Below, in pieces: positions 51,869 through 64,000 of a stretch of DNA of 64,000 nucleotides (position 1 is the stretch's first letter; each line of letters opens with the position of its first letter). The stretch is from the NCBI RefSeq assembly GCF_000181795.1, contig NW_003526941.1, positions 1,460,624-1,524,623 of the forward strand, read 5' to 3'. The stretch comes from Trichinella spiralis. Taxonomy: Eukaryota. The notes beneath the pieces are model-generated. The model did not search any database. It had not been told where the DNA came from and was given only the letters and a program-made list of their open reading frames with translations. The position numbers and the translations under genes were made by a program.

Positions 51869-54287
51869 TTACTCCCTAAAAATACATCAACATTTTCAAA
51901 AATGTTCTCCACTCCAACCGAACACTTTTGCACGACATTTTTACAACGCTGTTCTGAAAATAGTCTTTTCTTACAAATTATTAAATATCACTTTGCTACA
52001 AACACTGATCCTATATTGAAGTTTTGGAAACATTTGCAAACTTAGTTGTAACTTTTAAACTAAAAATAGCAAAAAATTTTCAAAACATTCTAGAATCACA
52101 ATCAGATAATTCACATGCACAATTTAAAACATACATTCATCGTAAAATTATCTTAAAAATGAAAAATGAAACTTTTCACATTTTAAAACATCAAAAACTG
52201 AAATAATAAATACATACAATATTCATCACGAATAAATTATTTATTATTTACAATAATTATTTGAACAACAAAATCACTGAAACAATTCTGTTAAAAGTGT
52301 TGCAAAATACGTCAGTATTCAATATGAAATTTATGAAATACTTTGCATAATTTTGCAAATGAAAAATGAATACAAAACTGTTCAACAATTCTCACGTTTA
52401 CAGGAATAAAATTGCTTCTTCAATCTACCAACAACTGCACAAAAACGAGACCGGTATTAATTAAATATTAAAATACTAATTAACCATTTATAATAAAAAG
52501 CATGATCAATTGCAGATACTTTCAATTTGAAATGCACAAAGTCGCACACTGTCACAGTATTGAAGCATTGCAATTTGAAATTGAATGAAATACTTTTCAA
52601 AACAATTTCTACGTATTAATAAAAAAGACAAACCATTCCAAGCATATTAACTTACTGACAGTTCTTTTCAAAAAGTAGTATAGAAAAAGTACAGTACATG
52701 AGTGCCTAGTTGACTTTACAGAAATAAATTCAAGTTTTATAAAAATATGGCGCCGAAAAGTTCGCAACAATTTGAACAATGGCACATTAAACAATGCTTT
52801 CTGTTTGAAATTTTAGGCAAATTTATAATAAATACAATTTATTTTATGTAGAAATTATTGAAATTCATATTTAAGTTGAACAAATAAGCTGAAATTAAAT
52901 AAAGTTGTTAAAATATTTTAAATATTTAAATTAACATTTTTGTAGGTCAACAGAGTAGATATATTTAATAATAGATTTTTTCTTTTAAATAATAATTCGA
53001 ATAATAAATTTTATTATTTTATAATTTTTACAGTAAAAATTAATTAAATTTGCATATCTTGTTTTGAATATGAAATAAATTTATAACTTTTATTGGGTTT
53101 ATTACATTTATTTAAAATTTAAATGAAATTAATTGAAAAGTTTGTTTCGCAATTAGCACAATTAGAACACCCTGCCAAAGAATGACGTGTTAGTACTTGT
53201 TGGTCAAAGAGCAACAGTGTTGCTGTTGTTCAATTGCTGTTCAGAACAATTTTTAAAATTTATTATGAAAATTTGCTTCCTCACTGTTTTGTTTGTAACT
53301 TTAATTGAATTATTTCAGTCGCATGATTTTTCATCTTTTTACAGTCGTTTCATTTTTTATATCGCATGGTATATTTAATTCAATAACAATAGCATTTGTG
53401 AATTACGTGTAATGTTGATCGTTCTTTTTAAATTGTAAATTTTGATACTGTCGCTTTGCAACCAGTTGTGGAAAAGTTTTACGAGTTAGGCCAGGAAATG
53501 AATGCATGAATTGAATGTTTGAATTGTATAAATATGAAATGGGAAAATGTTTTATTTGTAATTTTGAATTCAGTTGAACACAGATTTGCTGATTTTTTCC
53601 ATTTTCGCTGATTCATTGTCGGAAAAATTGACCAGCGTTAAGCTTGCCAGAAAGATTTACGACATCAACTGACTTTAAAATCAATGAAAAATTGGGCATT
53701 TGTTTAATAATGCTGTCGTGAGTCTATATTCTTCATTTTCTTCTTCTCTTTACGTTTCAGAAATTGTTTTACCTTATTTTTATTACTTTATTTTTCATTA
53801 AATGCAACTTTCAGTCGATCATTGTCAGCATTGCAAAAATACATTTCGCTTCTACTTTCCATAGAAAACTTTCAGATTTCAACATAGTAATCAGTTTTGT
53901 TTGCTCATAGTTTCAAAGTTGCATTTGTTGTTTGTCAAATTCAGTTTCATTGTTTGCTGCTTTTTCGATAACTCTGATCAAGCTTGATGAGAACTGCATT
54001 TTATTTATTTCCTGCTGTTGTCGTGTGTTGAACACTATGCAAGTTTACAAAGCAGCCGTAATATTAAAGTTGTTGCCCTTTTAAATCGAATCATTGCCAA
54101 ATGGATCGGATGATGAGCATCGGGCTAACAGGGATTGATTTCAGCGTTGTTGACGAAAGTTCGTGAAGTGCAATTTCATTTCAAAAGAAATCATCGCGTT
54201 ATCAAATGAGATATCGTGATTCTATTCATTTTAATATTTAATATTTTTCTTTTGATTGATAATATTTTCAGATTTTCTGTTCACAAA

Positions 54288-55910
54288 ATGGAAAAAGAAG
54301 CCTATCGTGTTGTTCTCAGGTTGGTCCAAGAAAGTGGAAACGTAAGCATTTAAGCAATTAATTTCTCTTTATTATCATCATATTTTTTGATTTTTTTGAA
54401 TAGCTAATTCGCGATGCTTTCCGACGAGCTGGGGGCGTTAATGTGATGACCAAAACAAGCGATGTTGATTTGGTCACTGATGTTGATCAAAAAGTTGAAC
54501 AAGTTCTTGTCGATGGAATCCGTTCCAAATTTCCAGATCATCAGTAAGTTTAGCAGTTTATTATAATTGTTTTTTGTTTTCAGCTCTATAATTTCAATTG
54601 AAATTAAAAAATTTTTTAAACAAAAAATATACTGATTTTGTCATTTGTAAAGGTTTTGTAGTTGATAGTACAGATAAATAAGGTTATTTAGTATCTTTGT
54701 TAAAAATTATATACAGTATTATAATTAAATAATTATTTGTAAAATATATCAATAGTACTTGAAAATCTTTTAGTGAAATAGTATTATTGTTTTTTATGTG
54801 TGCAATAGTATTCTGAAATCGAATAAATTGTTAATGAAATTGAAAATGCATTCAATATAATATGTATGATTGAAGCTTGCTTTAAATTTTATGGAAAAAA
54901 TCACTATTTTTACTTTTCCTCGAAATTGAACAATGCAAGCTGACAGCAGAATGTTATTGAGTTACGAAAAACTTGCATAAATCCTGGATTTTATAAAATT
55001 TAAAAAATAATTAATACAATATGAAAAGGGCTTGGATTTATGTATGATGACTGCTAGATTTATTGGAGAAGAATCGACAGCGATGGGCAAAAAGGGCATG
55101 TTCACTGATGCACCAACTTGGATTATTGATCCAATTGACGGCACTACCAATTTTGTTCACAAGTATACTTTGCTTTTTGATGTCAGCTTGTTATTGGTGT
55201 AGTGCTGTTTGTTTTTCATAGGGTGCCGTACGTATGCATCTCAATTGCATTATACATGAAGAAAGAACCTCGCATTGGTATTGTTTACAATCCAATTTTG
55301 GAAGAATTGTTCACCGCTCGTAAGGGACTGGGCGCTTTCAGAAATGGTTTTCCTATTCAAGCATCTAATACCACAGGCATGTCTTTTGTTTATGATTAAT
55401 TTTTAATTTAAATTTCAAATTTTCAGTGTTGAACAAAGCGTTGCTACTTTTGACGTTTGGTGTTCAGAATCGATTCAGTTTGCCGAACGCTGTCGACGTT
55501 TATTTGCAAAATAATAAGCGTATCGTTGAACAAGGCATTCGTGGGTATGTAAATGTTTATCGAATAATAAAGGTTCTCAATTGCTGTTTTTGCTTAGTCA
55601 TCGTTCGTTTGGAAGTGCGGCATTGAATATGTGCTACGTGGCGTTGGGATGTGCTGACGCATACATCGAATTTGGCCTTCACTGTTGGGATATAGCTGCT
55701 GGAAGGTTGATTGTCGAAGAGGCGGGAGGTTTGGTTATTGATCCTTCAGGTAAATTTGATTCAGTTCTTTTTATTCATTATAATTCGAAAAATCAACATT
55801 AAGGTGGTCCAATTGACATCATGGCACGCCGAGTACTTGCATGTTCTACAGCAGAGTTGGGTAAAGCTATTGGTGACATTGTCGAAGTGATTGATTTGCC
55901 CAAAGATTAA
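54288..55910 (+). CDS. IMPA: Inositol monophosphatase (IMPA/ttx-7-like), multi-exon
   Basis: [82 protein letters not shown]; stop at 55908-55910. Confidence 0.96.
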
Positions 55911-56317
55911 TATCATCTTTTCCAAATTAGGCCATTTATTTATTTACTGCTTCGTAGTATATTACCCTTTTTTAAAAAAGTTTTTATTCATTCATTCATT
56001 CATTTTGCAGTTCCAATTCCTAATTTGCAATTAACCGTAGTTATCGGGGAAGTTTTTATTACTAGATTAAACGCAGAACAATTTTTATTCGCATTCATCA
56101 GTGTATATTTAAACTGAAAGTCAATAATTGTGCAGCACAGCCCAGACTATAAGAAAAAACACGAGAACATGAATAACAAGAAAGGTTAATAACAACGAAG
56201 AAATATGGTTAATATTTTGTTATAAATATTCGTATATTATGTCTTTACGCACATATATATATATATAAATAGATAAATATAAATGTATGCTTATCCTCAG
56301 CTGAAACCGAGTCCAAT

Positions 56318-59300
56318 TTACAGTTCATTATGTTCTTCTTTTTTACTTTCTTCCTCTTTTTTCGTTTTCTAAAACATTTGGGAAATTTCACTGCTTCGCC
56401 AACAAGAAACAAAAGCAGTTTTGTACTCACCTCATCATCTTTGACAAAGTGAGGTACGTAAGTATCTAAATCGATTGGCTCCTCTTTTGGAATAGGAGGC
56501 AAATCCTCCTCAGCATCCTCTTCGATCTCTTCTGCCTAAAGTAATATTACTTTTTAGAATATTTTTATAAGAACTCTTTTCACATTGCTCACCCCTTCGT
56601 CAGGATTCAGATTCAACGCTGACTTTAGCATGACGTCGATGCGATCGGCAAAATCAGCAGAATCTTTGAGCAAGTAACCAGATCTTAGCGTTGCCGCATC
56701 GTAAAGCAGCCTGGCAACACTCAGTGCTAACGGATCGCTTTTATCCTCATCTACCCGCTGCTTGATTGCTTTGATAACAGGATGATATGGATTTATTTCG
56801 AACACTTTCTTCTCTTTCATATAATACTCTTGTGTTGGATCCTGAGATTTTGAGTATGTCTGACTGCGCATCAAGCGTTCCATGTTGCCTGACCATCCCC
56901 AAGCACTGGCCACCAATGCGCATGGCGATTTTGTCAACCGTTGCGACAATACGGCCTTTTCAATCTAAAAGCAAGATGTATGTTTTTTTTCTTTACCATA
57001 CGAATCTTTTTCTTTGTATAAGCATAATAACAAACAAACCTTATCTTTCAAAGCATCCTCTTTCAACCATTTCAGTGTTTCACTGAAATCGTTTTCAAGA
57101 TCCGCAATGCGTTGTTTGCTCTTCTCGCTCATCTCCAACGACAAACCTTCTTTGGCGACATTTTGGAATTTCTTGTTATCGAATTCTGGCAAAGAGTTCA
57201 TGCAATATTCGTCCACTGGGTCGACCAGATAAAGCACTTCAATGCCTTTTTTCAGCAAACGTTCCACAAATGGACTCGACTCTACCTGCAAATGTGCATT
57301 TTTTAATATCAATTTCAAATATCCATACCAAGAGCGAGCCACCGACCTCTTTACGACTTGTGCCGGCCATGTAATAAATGACTTTCTGACGTTCGCCCAT
57401 CCGTTCCACATATTCCGCCAGCGAAGTCAAATCGCTCGGATGATTGGACGATTGGAAGCGAAGCAGTTTCGACAAACGCTGTCGATTGCCTGGATCTTCG
57501 AAAACGCCCATCTTGATCACTGTACTGTATTCTTTCCAGAATTTTTCAAACTTTTCCTTCGGTAACTTTTTCAACAAATCCAACACTTTTCGTACAAGCT
57601 TCTTGCGAATCACCTTGATCAATTTGTTCTGTTGCAACGTCTCACGGCTAACGTTCAACGGCAAATCATCCGAGTCGACAATGCCTTTGATGAAGGCCAA
57701 ATATTTCGGCATGAAATCTTCAAATTCATCGCTGATGAATACACGTCGAACGTAAAGTTTGATGTTCGAATTGCGCTTCATGCTTTCACGGTAAAGGTCT
57801 GACGGTGCTCTTTCTGGAATGAACAAAATTGACTTGAAGCTGACTTCACCTTCTGCCTGGAAATGCGTGTAAGCCAAAGCTGAGGAGTAATCTTTCGTCA
57901 GTGATTTGTAAAATTCTTGGTATTCTTTCTCCTCAATATCAGCAGCCCTGAAATGGACAATTTACATATTTTATCGGTGAACTGAAATGGAATCAGTTGT
58001 TTTTTTTTCAATGCTCACTTTCTCAGCCAAATTGGTTTTGTGTCGTTCACCAGTTCCCAATCCCAAACAGTTTTAGTCTCTTTTTTCTTTTTTGGTTTCT
58101 CTTGCGCAGCTTCTTCTACTTTGCCTTCTTCGTCTTCAATAGGTGATTCTTCTTTCTTCTCTTCCTCCTCTGCCGATTCTTCCACATCAACAGTCTGAAA
58201 TTCGAAGATGAATTATACAAAATGCGCCTACTTTTTTTGTTCTTATTAGTTCACTCACTTTACTTTTCCACAGATAAATATTGAAATTGATAAACTGGCT
58301 GTATTTTTTTACCAACTCTTCCAGTGTGTTCGGTTCCAAGAAATTCTGTGATTCTTCTTTAATGTGTAATCTGAATTTCCTATTCTATATTTTCGTAATA
58401 GAAAAGAACATTTTCTCTTACGTTACTGTTGTACCACGACCCAACTCATTACCCCTGGGGTCTTCAAAAACGTTGAATGACCCGGCATCAGATTCCCAAA
58501 TGTGCTGCGTATCATTGTTATGTTTCGATGTCACTGAAATTTATCAACAATCACAATAAGCAGTGCAAATGAAATGCCCAAGCATTAATTGGTAGTACCA
58601 ACAACGCGATCAGCGACAAGAAAACTCGAATAGAAACCAACGCCGAACTGTCCAATAAGATCTTGCTGTTCCTGAGGAGAAGCTTCGGAAAATTTCTTAA
58701 AAAACTGCGACGTTCCTGACCTAGCAATGGTGCCAAGATTGCCGATCAATTCTGCTTTGGTCATTCCAATCCCAGTATCAGTAATATGCAAAACATTGTT
58801 TTCCTTGTCCGCCTGAATTGAATTCATTCAATAAATAACTACATGACAGTGCACTATTACAGTAAACCTTAATTCGTATCGAAAGTTCTGGTTTTGTTTC
58901 CATTGCTTGAGGATCAGTGAGCGATAGCAAACGAATCTTGTCTAAGGCATCTGATGCGTTTGAAATCAATTCTCTGAGGAAAATCTAAAAATGCAAAACC
59001 ATTTACATTTTATTAATGATTATAATTAACGATTTTGATCTTACTTCTTTGTTCTTGTACAAGCTGTTTATGATCAGTTTCATCATACGATCTACTTCTG
59101 CCTGGAAAGTGTGGTGTTCCGCTTTCTGTCGTAATTCCTTCATTTGCGATACGCTGATGCCATCAAGTTTTATAGCCTCCTCTTCCCTGTTGAATGAATT
59201 AAAAATATTTTTAATTAAAATAAAATTTCGAACATTCGATTTTTTAAAATCTTGAAATTAATTCCCTGGATTACATTATGAAAAACAATAAACCTTGCTT

Positions 59301-60021
59301 ATCGTTATGATACTGTAATTTCCGTGTAAAAAGCTGACGTCAAATAAAACCTTATTACTTAAAGGTCGAAGATTGTTAACGATAATGTGAAATAATGCTT
59401 TGTAAATAAAATTTGATCACTAAATTATGAATCTGCCGCACTGCACAGCAACTAACGCTACTTAAAGCACAGTTATTTAAAAGATTTAATTCAATGCATT
59501 CTTTACGTTACGTAATTGTAAATAAATATATAATCATCAGAAGGATATGTCAAATTTTGTGTTGCTTATACAAACACCCCCTATAACGTAATTATCACAA
59601 CAAATATTAAAGTTAGACTGGGCTGCTAAGTGTTATATTTTAATGAACAACAGACTTAAACATGATAAAAAAATTTCACCCGTAATATAACCCTAAGCTA
59701 ACATTATTTCTAAAAATTATTTGATAAATAATTTAAAATATATTCGAACATATTTATATCGCATACCACTGTATGTACGCACACAATAAAACCAGTGTAA
59801 AAACAAGTTTAAAAATAAATCAAAAATAATAAATACCTTTGTATAGTTTCGTCATCTGTTCTGGAACCTTCCTTGTGTTTGCCTAGATTTGGATCCACCG
59901 ATGGAGAAGCATCATTATCATCTTTCACCTTGTCGTTAGCGGATGCAAAATTGCATTCCACAATGGCGACGGCTAAAGCAACAGCAAGAATCAACCACAA
60001 CTGTTTCGGTACGTTCCACAT
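56318..60021 (-). CDS. HSP90B1: Endoplasmin / GRP94 (ER HSP90), multi-exon
   Basis: Signal peptide; [115 protein letters not shown]-retention-like C-terminus HNEL*. Confidence 0.98.
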
Positions 60022-60146
60022 GCCGACCTTGATGAACAATTACTGATGCAGACGTGGTCGAAAACTTAAGCACTTGTACTACAATGAATGCCAGTTGTCA
60101 AATAATGATTGGTTTTACGAAAACCTGAAAATCACCAAAACGTTAA

Positions 60147-60165
60147 CGTGGCCAAAGCCTATTGG
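60147..60165 (-). promoter_or_regulatory. ER stress response element (ERSE, CCAAT-N9-CCACG) upstream of GRP94
   Basis: Minus strand reads CCAAT-AGGCTTTGG-CCACG with an exact 9-nt spacer, about 125 bp upstream of the GRP94 ATG and on the gene's own strand. Confidence 0.75.
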
Positions 60166-61175
60166 ATGAACGTCAAGCCGAAAAACAGACGCTATTAAAT
60201 ATTTGCACTGTCTGTTAGCAGGGTCGATTGGACAAATACTTCTCTCAAAAAGGCTGTCAGCATATGAGCGTTCAGTTTAAGGACAAGCAAATATAAGTTC
60301 AGCCTTTACATAATCAAACGGTTTAATAATGTTTCAAACTATGCGTTATGCAAATTTACAAACATTTTTCAACGTTATTCTGTTCATAAACTTGAACATT
60401 ATCAACACGAATATTAAGTTGCTGTAAAATGCTATGAAATCATATTTCAAATGACAAACAATGCTTTTACGTATTAAACATAATCAATTGGATCAGTCAA
60501 AGCACTTACGGTACCATCTTGACATTGACTTGACTTATAAATTACAAGTAGCTCTGGTTTTATAGTGAATAAAGTGCTTGAAAATAAATTAAATGTATAT
60601 CAGTGAAATCAATAACATTGCAATAGAATGTAATACTATTGCACATTTAGTTGAATAAATTATTTAGAAATTAAAACTAAAAAACTAAATCAATAATTTA
60701 GGTCGTAATTGCATATTACACATTTTCAGATACTCAAGTCTCTTAATTCCATTAAATAATTGAAGCAATCAATAAAATTGACGTCATCGAAAGGACCGAT
60801 AAACGTGATTATCTTTTAACTGTAGAATGACCTTTCCTTGTGCTTTGTGAATAGTTTTTTTGGAGCATATTTTTATTTTGGGGTGAAATTTTTTTATTTA
60901 AGAGGTCTATTAGTAATAAATATTTTTATTTTATTATTGTAGATTCAAGTTATGTATTAATTAACCTTGATGATTAGCATCATTACCATACTATAAATCG
61001 TCCTTACTGAGCATAGGAATACATGTTTCCTTTTCGTATAGTAATTGAAGAAGCTTATTCTATTCTGCGTCAAGATTTCATATATATATATATATATATA
61101 CTTGCGAAAGAGAAAATATTTTGATGAATTTACTGTACACTTTTAGAACTGTTTTTTTATTTTAGTTTAGCAGCA

Positions 61176-62980
61176 ATGGACGAAATTTACGATTGTGTCA
61201 TTCTTGGCACAGGATTAACTGTATGTTTAATGTAGAACTCCTTTTATGAAAGCAAAGCATGATTATTTATTCTGAATTTAGGAGTGCATCGTGTCAGGCA
61301 TGTTGTCGGTTAGTGGTAAGAAAATTCTGCACATGGATCGAAACAACTATTATGGTGGTGAAAGCGCATCAATAACTCCGCTTGAAGATGTTTGTTCATA
61401 TCATTGAGTACATTGCGCATTTTTATTTTATTTTATTTTTGTTGTAGTTATTTGACAAATTTATGCCTGGAACGAAGCCGTTAGAATCAATGGGACGAGG
61501 ACGAGATTGGAATGTGGACTTGATTCCGAAGTTTTTGATGGCAAATGGTAGTGTTAAGCTTGTGCTTGAGTTTTATTTAATGACGTACAAGTTATAGGCG
61601 AGTTGGTTAAGTTGCTACTGTCGACTGGTGTGACTCGATATTTGGAATTTAAATCTATAGAAGGTTCATTTGTTTACAAAGGTGGAAAAGTTTACAAAGT
61701 ACCTGCTGATGAAGCAGAAGCATTAACAACAAGTAATAGAAGTGATTTTACGATTTGTTTTGAATGTTAATCTATTTAGGTTTGATGGGAATTTTTGAAA
61801 AGAGGCGTTTTAAGAAGTTCCTTGTCTGGGCACAGAATTTCGATTTTGATAATAAAGCTACATGGGAAGGTTTGGATCCTTATACCAATACAATGAATGA
61901 TGTATACAGAAAATTTGATTTGGATGAAAATACGGCCGATTTTACAGGCCACGCGTTGGCACTTTACATCAATGACAAGTAGGTTATGTTTTCAATGCTG
62001 TTTATTTTGTCCTTTTTGCAATTTTCAAAAAGGACCTGTTTCTATTTTTGTCTAATTTTGTATAGGTACAAAAATGAGCCGTTTGGCGAAACTGTGAAGC
62101 GTGTAAAGTTGTACAGCGCTTCATTGGAGCGTTATGGAAAGAGTCCATATTTGTATCCACTCTATGGACTTGGCGAACTTCCGCAGGGTTTTGCAAGATT
62201 GAGCGCCATTTATGGTGGTACATACATGTTGGATACACCAGTCGATGAAATTGTGATGGAAAATGGATGCGTCATTGGAGTCAGATGTGGAAATCAGACT
62301 GTTCGTTGCCGTCAAGTCTACTGTGATCCATCATATGCGCCAAATTTAGTTAGACATGTCGGAAAAGTATTTGGAAATTTTTGTTTTAATCTTTTGTTTT
62401 ATTTTTTTACATTTTTTGATTAGGTAATTCGTGCAATTTGTTTGCTTAATCATCCTATCCCCAACACGAACGATTCTAAATCTTGTCAGATCATTATTCC
62501 ACAGAGGCAAGTCGGTCGTCAGCATGGTAATCCGGGATACATTTGAAAATTGCATCAATTTTATTCTTATCATCCTGCATTATAGACATTTATATATCCA
62601 TGGTGTCATATACCAACATGGTGGCGGCAAAGGATTGGTATGTCGCTATTGTCAGCACAACCGTTGAAACAAACAGTCCTGAATCGGAACTACTTCCTGG
62701 TTTGCAGCTTTTGGGTTCAATAACACAAAAGTGAGCACGTTTTTCTAGGTATTCATATGATTTGTCAAAAGCATACATTTTAAGATTTGTGTCGATTTCT
62801 GATTTGATGGAACCAGTAAACGATGGGAGGACCAGCCAGGTTTTTATCAGCAAAAGTTATGATGCTACATCGCATTTTAAAACGACGTGCGACGACGTGA
62901 TTGATATTTTCCAAAGAGGCACAGGTGAACCGTTCGACTTTTCCAAAATCAGCCATCTAACTCTTGAAGACACACAATAA
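61176..62980 (+). CDS. gdi-1: Rab GDP dissociation inhibitor, multi-exon
   Basis: [113 protein letters not shown]. Confidence 0.98.
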
Positions 62981-63579
62981 GAAAATTATTCTATTGCATG
63001 CATAAATACCTTTAAAAAATTCCATTCTTGTATTTGTCATTATTGTCTGTGGCTCGATGGTGCCAACATGGCTTTTCTGGATGATGAAATATGTATTTTT
63101 CTGAGCGTTTTTGTGAGTTTTGTTTCTTATGTCCTCTTATTTGTCATAATGGAATGATTTAAGTGATTGTCACATTCATTATTTTTACTAATGCACAAAG
63201 ATATATCATACAATTTTTTGAATATTTGTTTCACATTCCCATATGCTTAATTGCAGCTTTTGTTGTAACACTTTTCTGTCGTGGTTGGAGGCATCACATT
63301 TCATTCAAATTCCTTAACGTTCATTTCTTTTGCAGTACTCGCTTTTCATATCTATATCATACGTTTTAAAGATCAACAATTTTAGTAAAAATTTGAATAT
63401 ACTATCAAACCAGCATAGCGGTTTACTACTATTATCAAACCGGCTGAACTGAAAACGAATAAAATATTTCGCCAAACATTGATTATACTGAATAATTTGA
63501 AGTTCATCGAATTTTATAATTCAAGACAAAAATAGACAACCAATAATTAAACGAAAAAAATTTTTTAATGAATTCCCTT

Positions 63580-64000
63580 TTATTTTCTTTTTTTCGATTC
63601 CTCCGAGATATCACCTACAGCTTCTGCAGCCGAATTTTCAGACTCATCTTCGACATCACTATCATCATGTTGTACTAGATGATCTTCGTTATATGTGATC
63701 ATGTCATGCAATTCACCGGAAATCAGCGCCACCAATGTCGGTATTCCAACGCAGAGAGGTACTAAATACAACAGTGCAGGCTGCCCTGCTTTGAATACAT
63801 GCATTACCCATGTGGTGATAAAAAGACCAGCAGCATAAGCGAACACGGCCGAATAGAAATACCGTCGCTTTTGACGGGATTCGCCAAATCGAAGCAGCAA
63901 AGCGATAAATATCCCAGGAACAATAATGTCGCCCAAACCAAGAATTGCGAATTTAGTTCCTGCGTTAGAAAGTGGATCGCTAATTTGCAGAAGATTTCGT
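63580..64000 (-). CDS. HM13: Signal peptide peptidase (HM13/imp-2-like), 3' part only; runs off the window
   Basis: FAILGLGDIIVPGIFIALLLRF (GxGD aspartyl protease motif), GQPALLYLVP (PAL motif) and C-terminal di-lysine ER-retrieval SKKRK*. Confidence 0.93.
   Translation of the reverse strand, partial: RNLLQISDPLSNAGTKFAILGLGDIIVPGIFIALLLRFGESRQKRRYFYSAVFAYAAGLFITTWVMHVFKAGQPALLYLVPLCVGIPTLVALISGELHDMITYNEDHLVQHDDSDVEDESENSAAEAVGDISEESKKRK

Noticed and set aside
60968..61010. TGATGA...CTGA pair upstream of GDI as a C/D snoRNA
   Set aside because: Too short (about 43 nt), with no convincing terminal stem or recognisable rRNA guide.

Overview
Eukaryotic, AT-rich, gene-dense genomic DNA with short (about 50-80 bp) spliceosomal introns ending in TTTCAG/TTTTAG. 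The architecture looks like a nematode, plausibly clade I such as Trichinella; that assignment is inference only. Manual exon stitching supports 14 protein-coding genes, in order: alpha-L-fucosidase (+), ZNF277/ztf-7 (-), MCTS1 (-), THUMPD1 (+), ZCCHC4 (-), a secreted ML/MD-2-like protein (+), a divergent eIF4G-like MIF4G protein (-), Claspin (-), TCF/LEF pop-1-like with C-clamp (-), YIPF3 (-), inositol monophosphatase (+), endoplasmin/GRP94 (-), Rab-GDI (+) and the 3' end of signal peptide peptidase (-). The TCF gene has a 9-kb first intron and about 10 kb of gene-free upstream DNA. Points the ORF track misses: (1) a decayed, intron-bearing Prickle/Testin (PET+LIM) pseudogene at 2.1-2.8 kb; (2) an exact CCAAT-N9-CCACG ER-stress element upstream of GRP94; (3) an eIF4G paralog with no MA3/W2 domains; (4) a 14-kb run of translation/RNA-modification genes; (5) a GC-AG intron; (6) GC-rich hairpin islands in the TCF locus. 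No tRNA, rRNA, CRISPR array or intact mobile element was recognised. All homology calls are by eye from remembered family motifs, without database searches.
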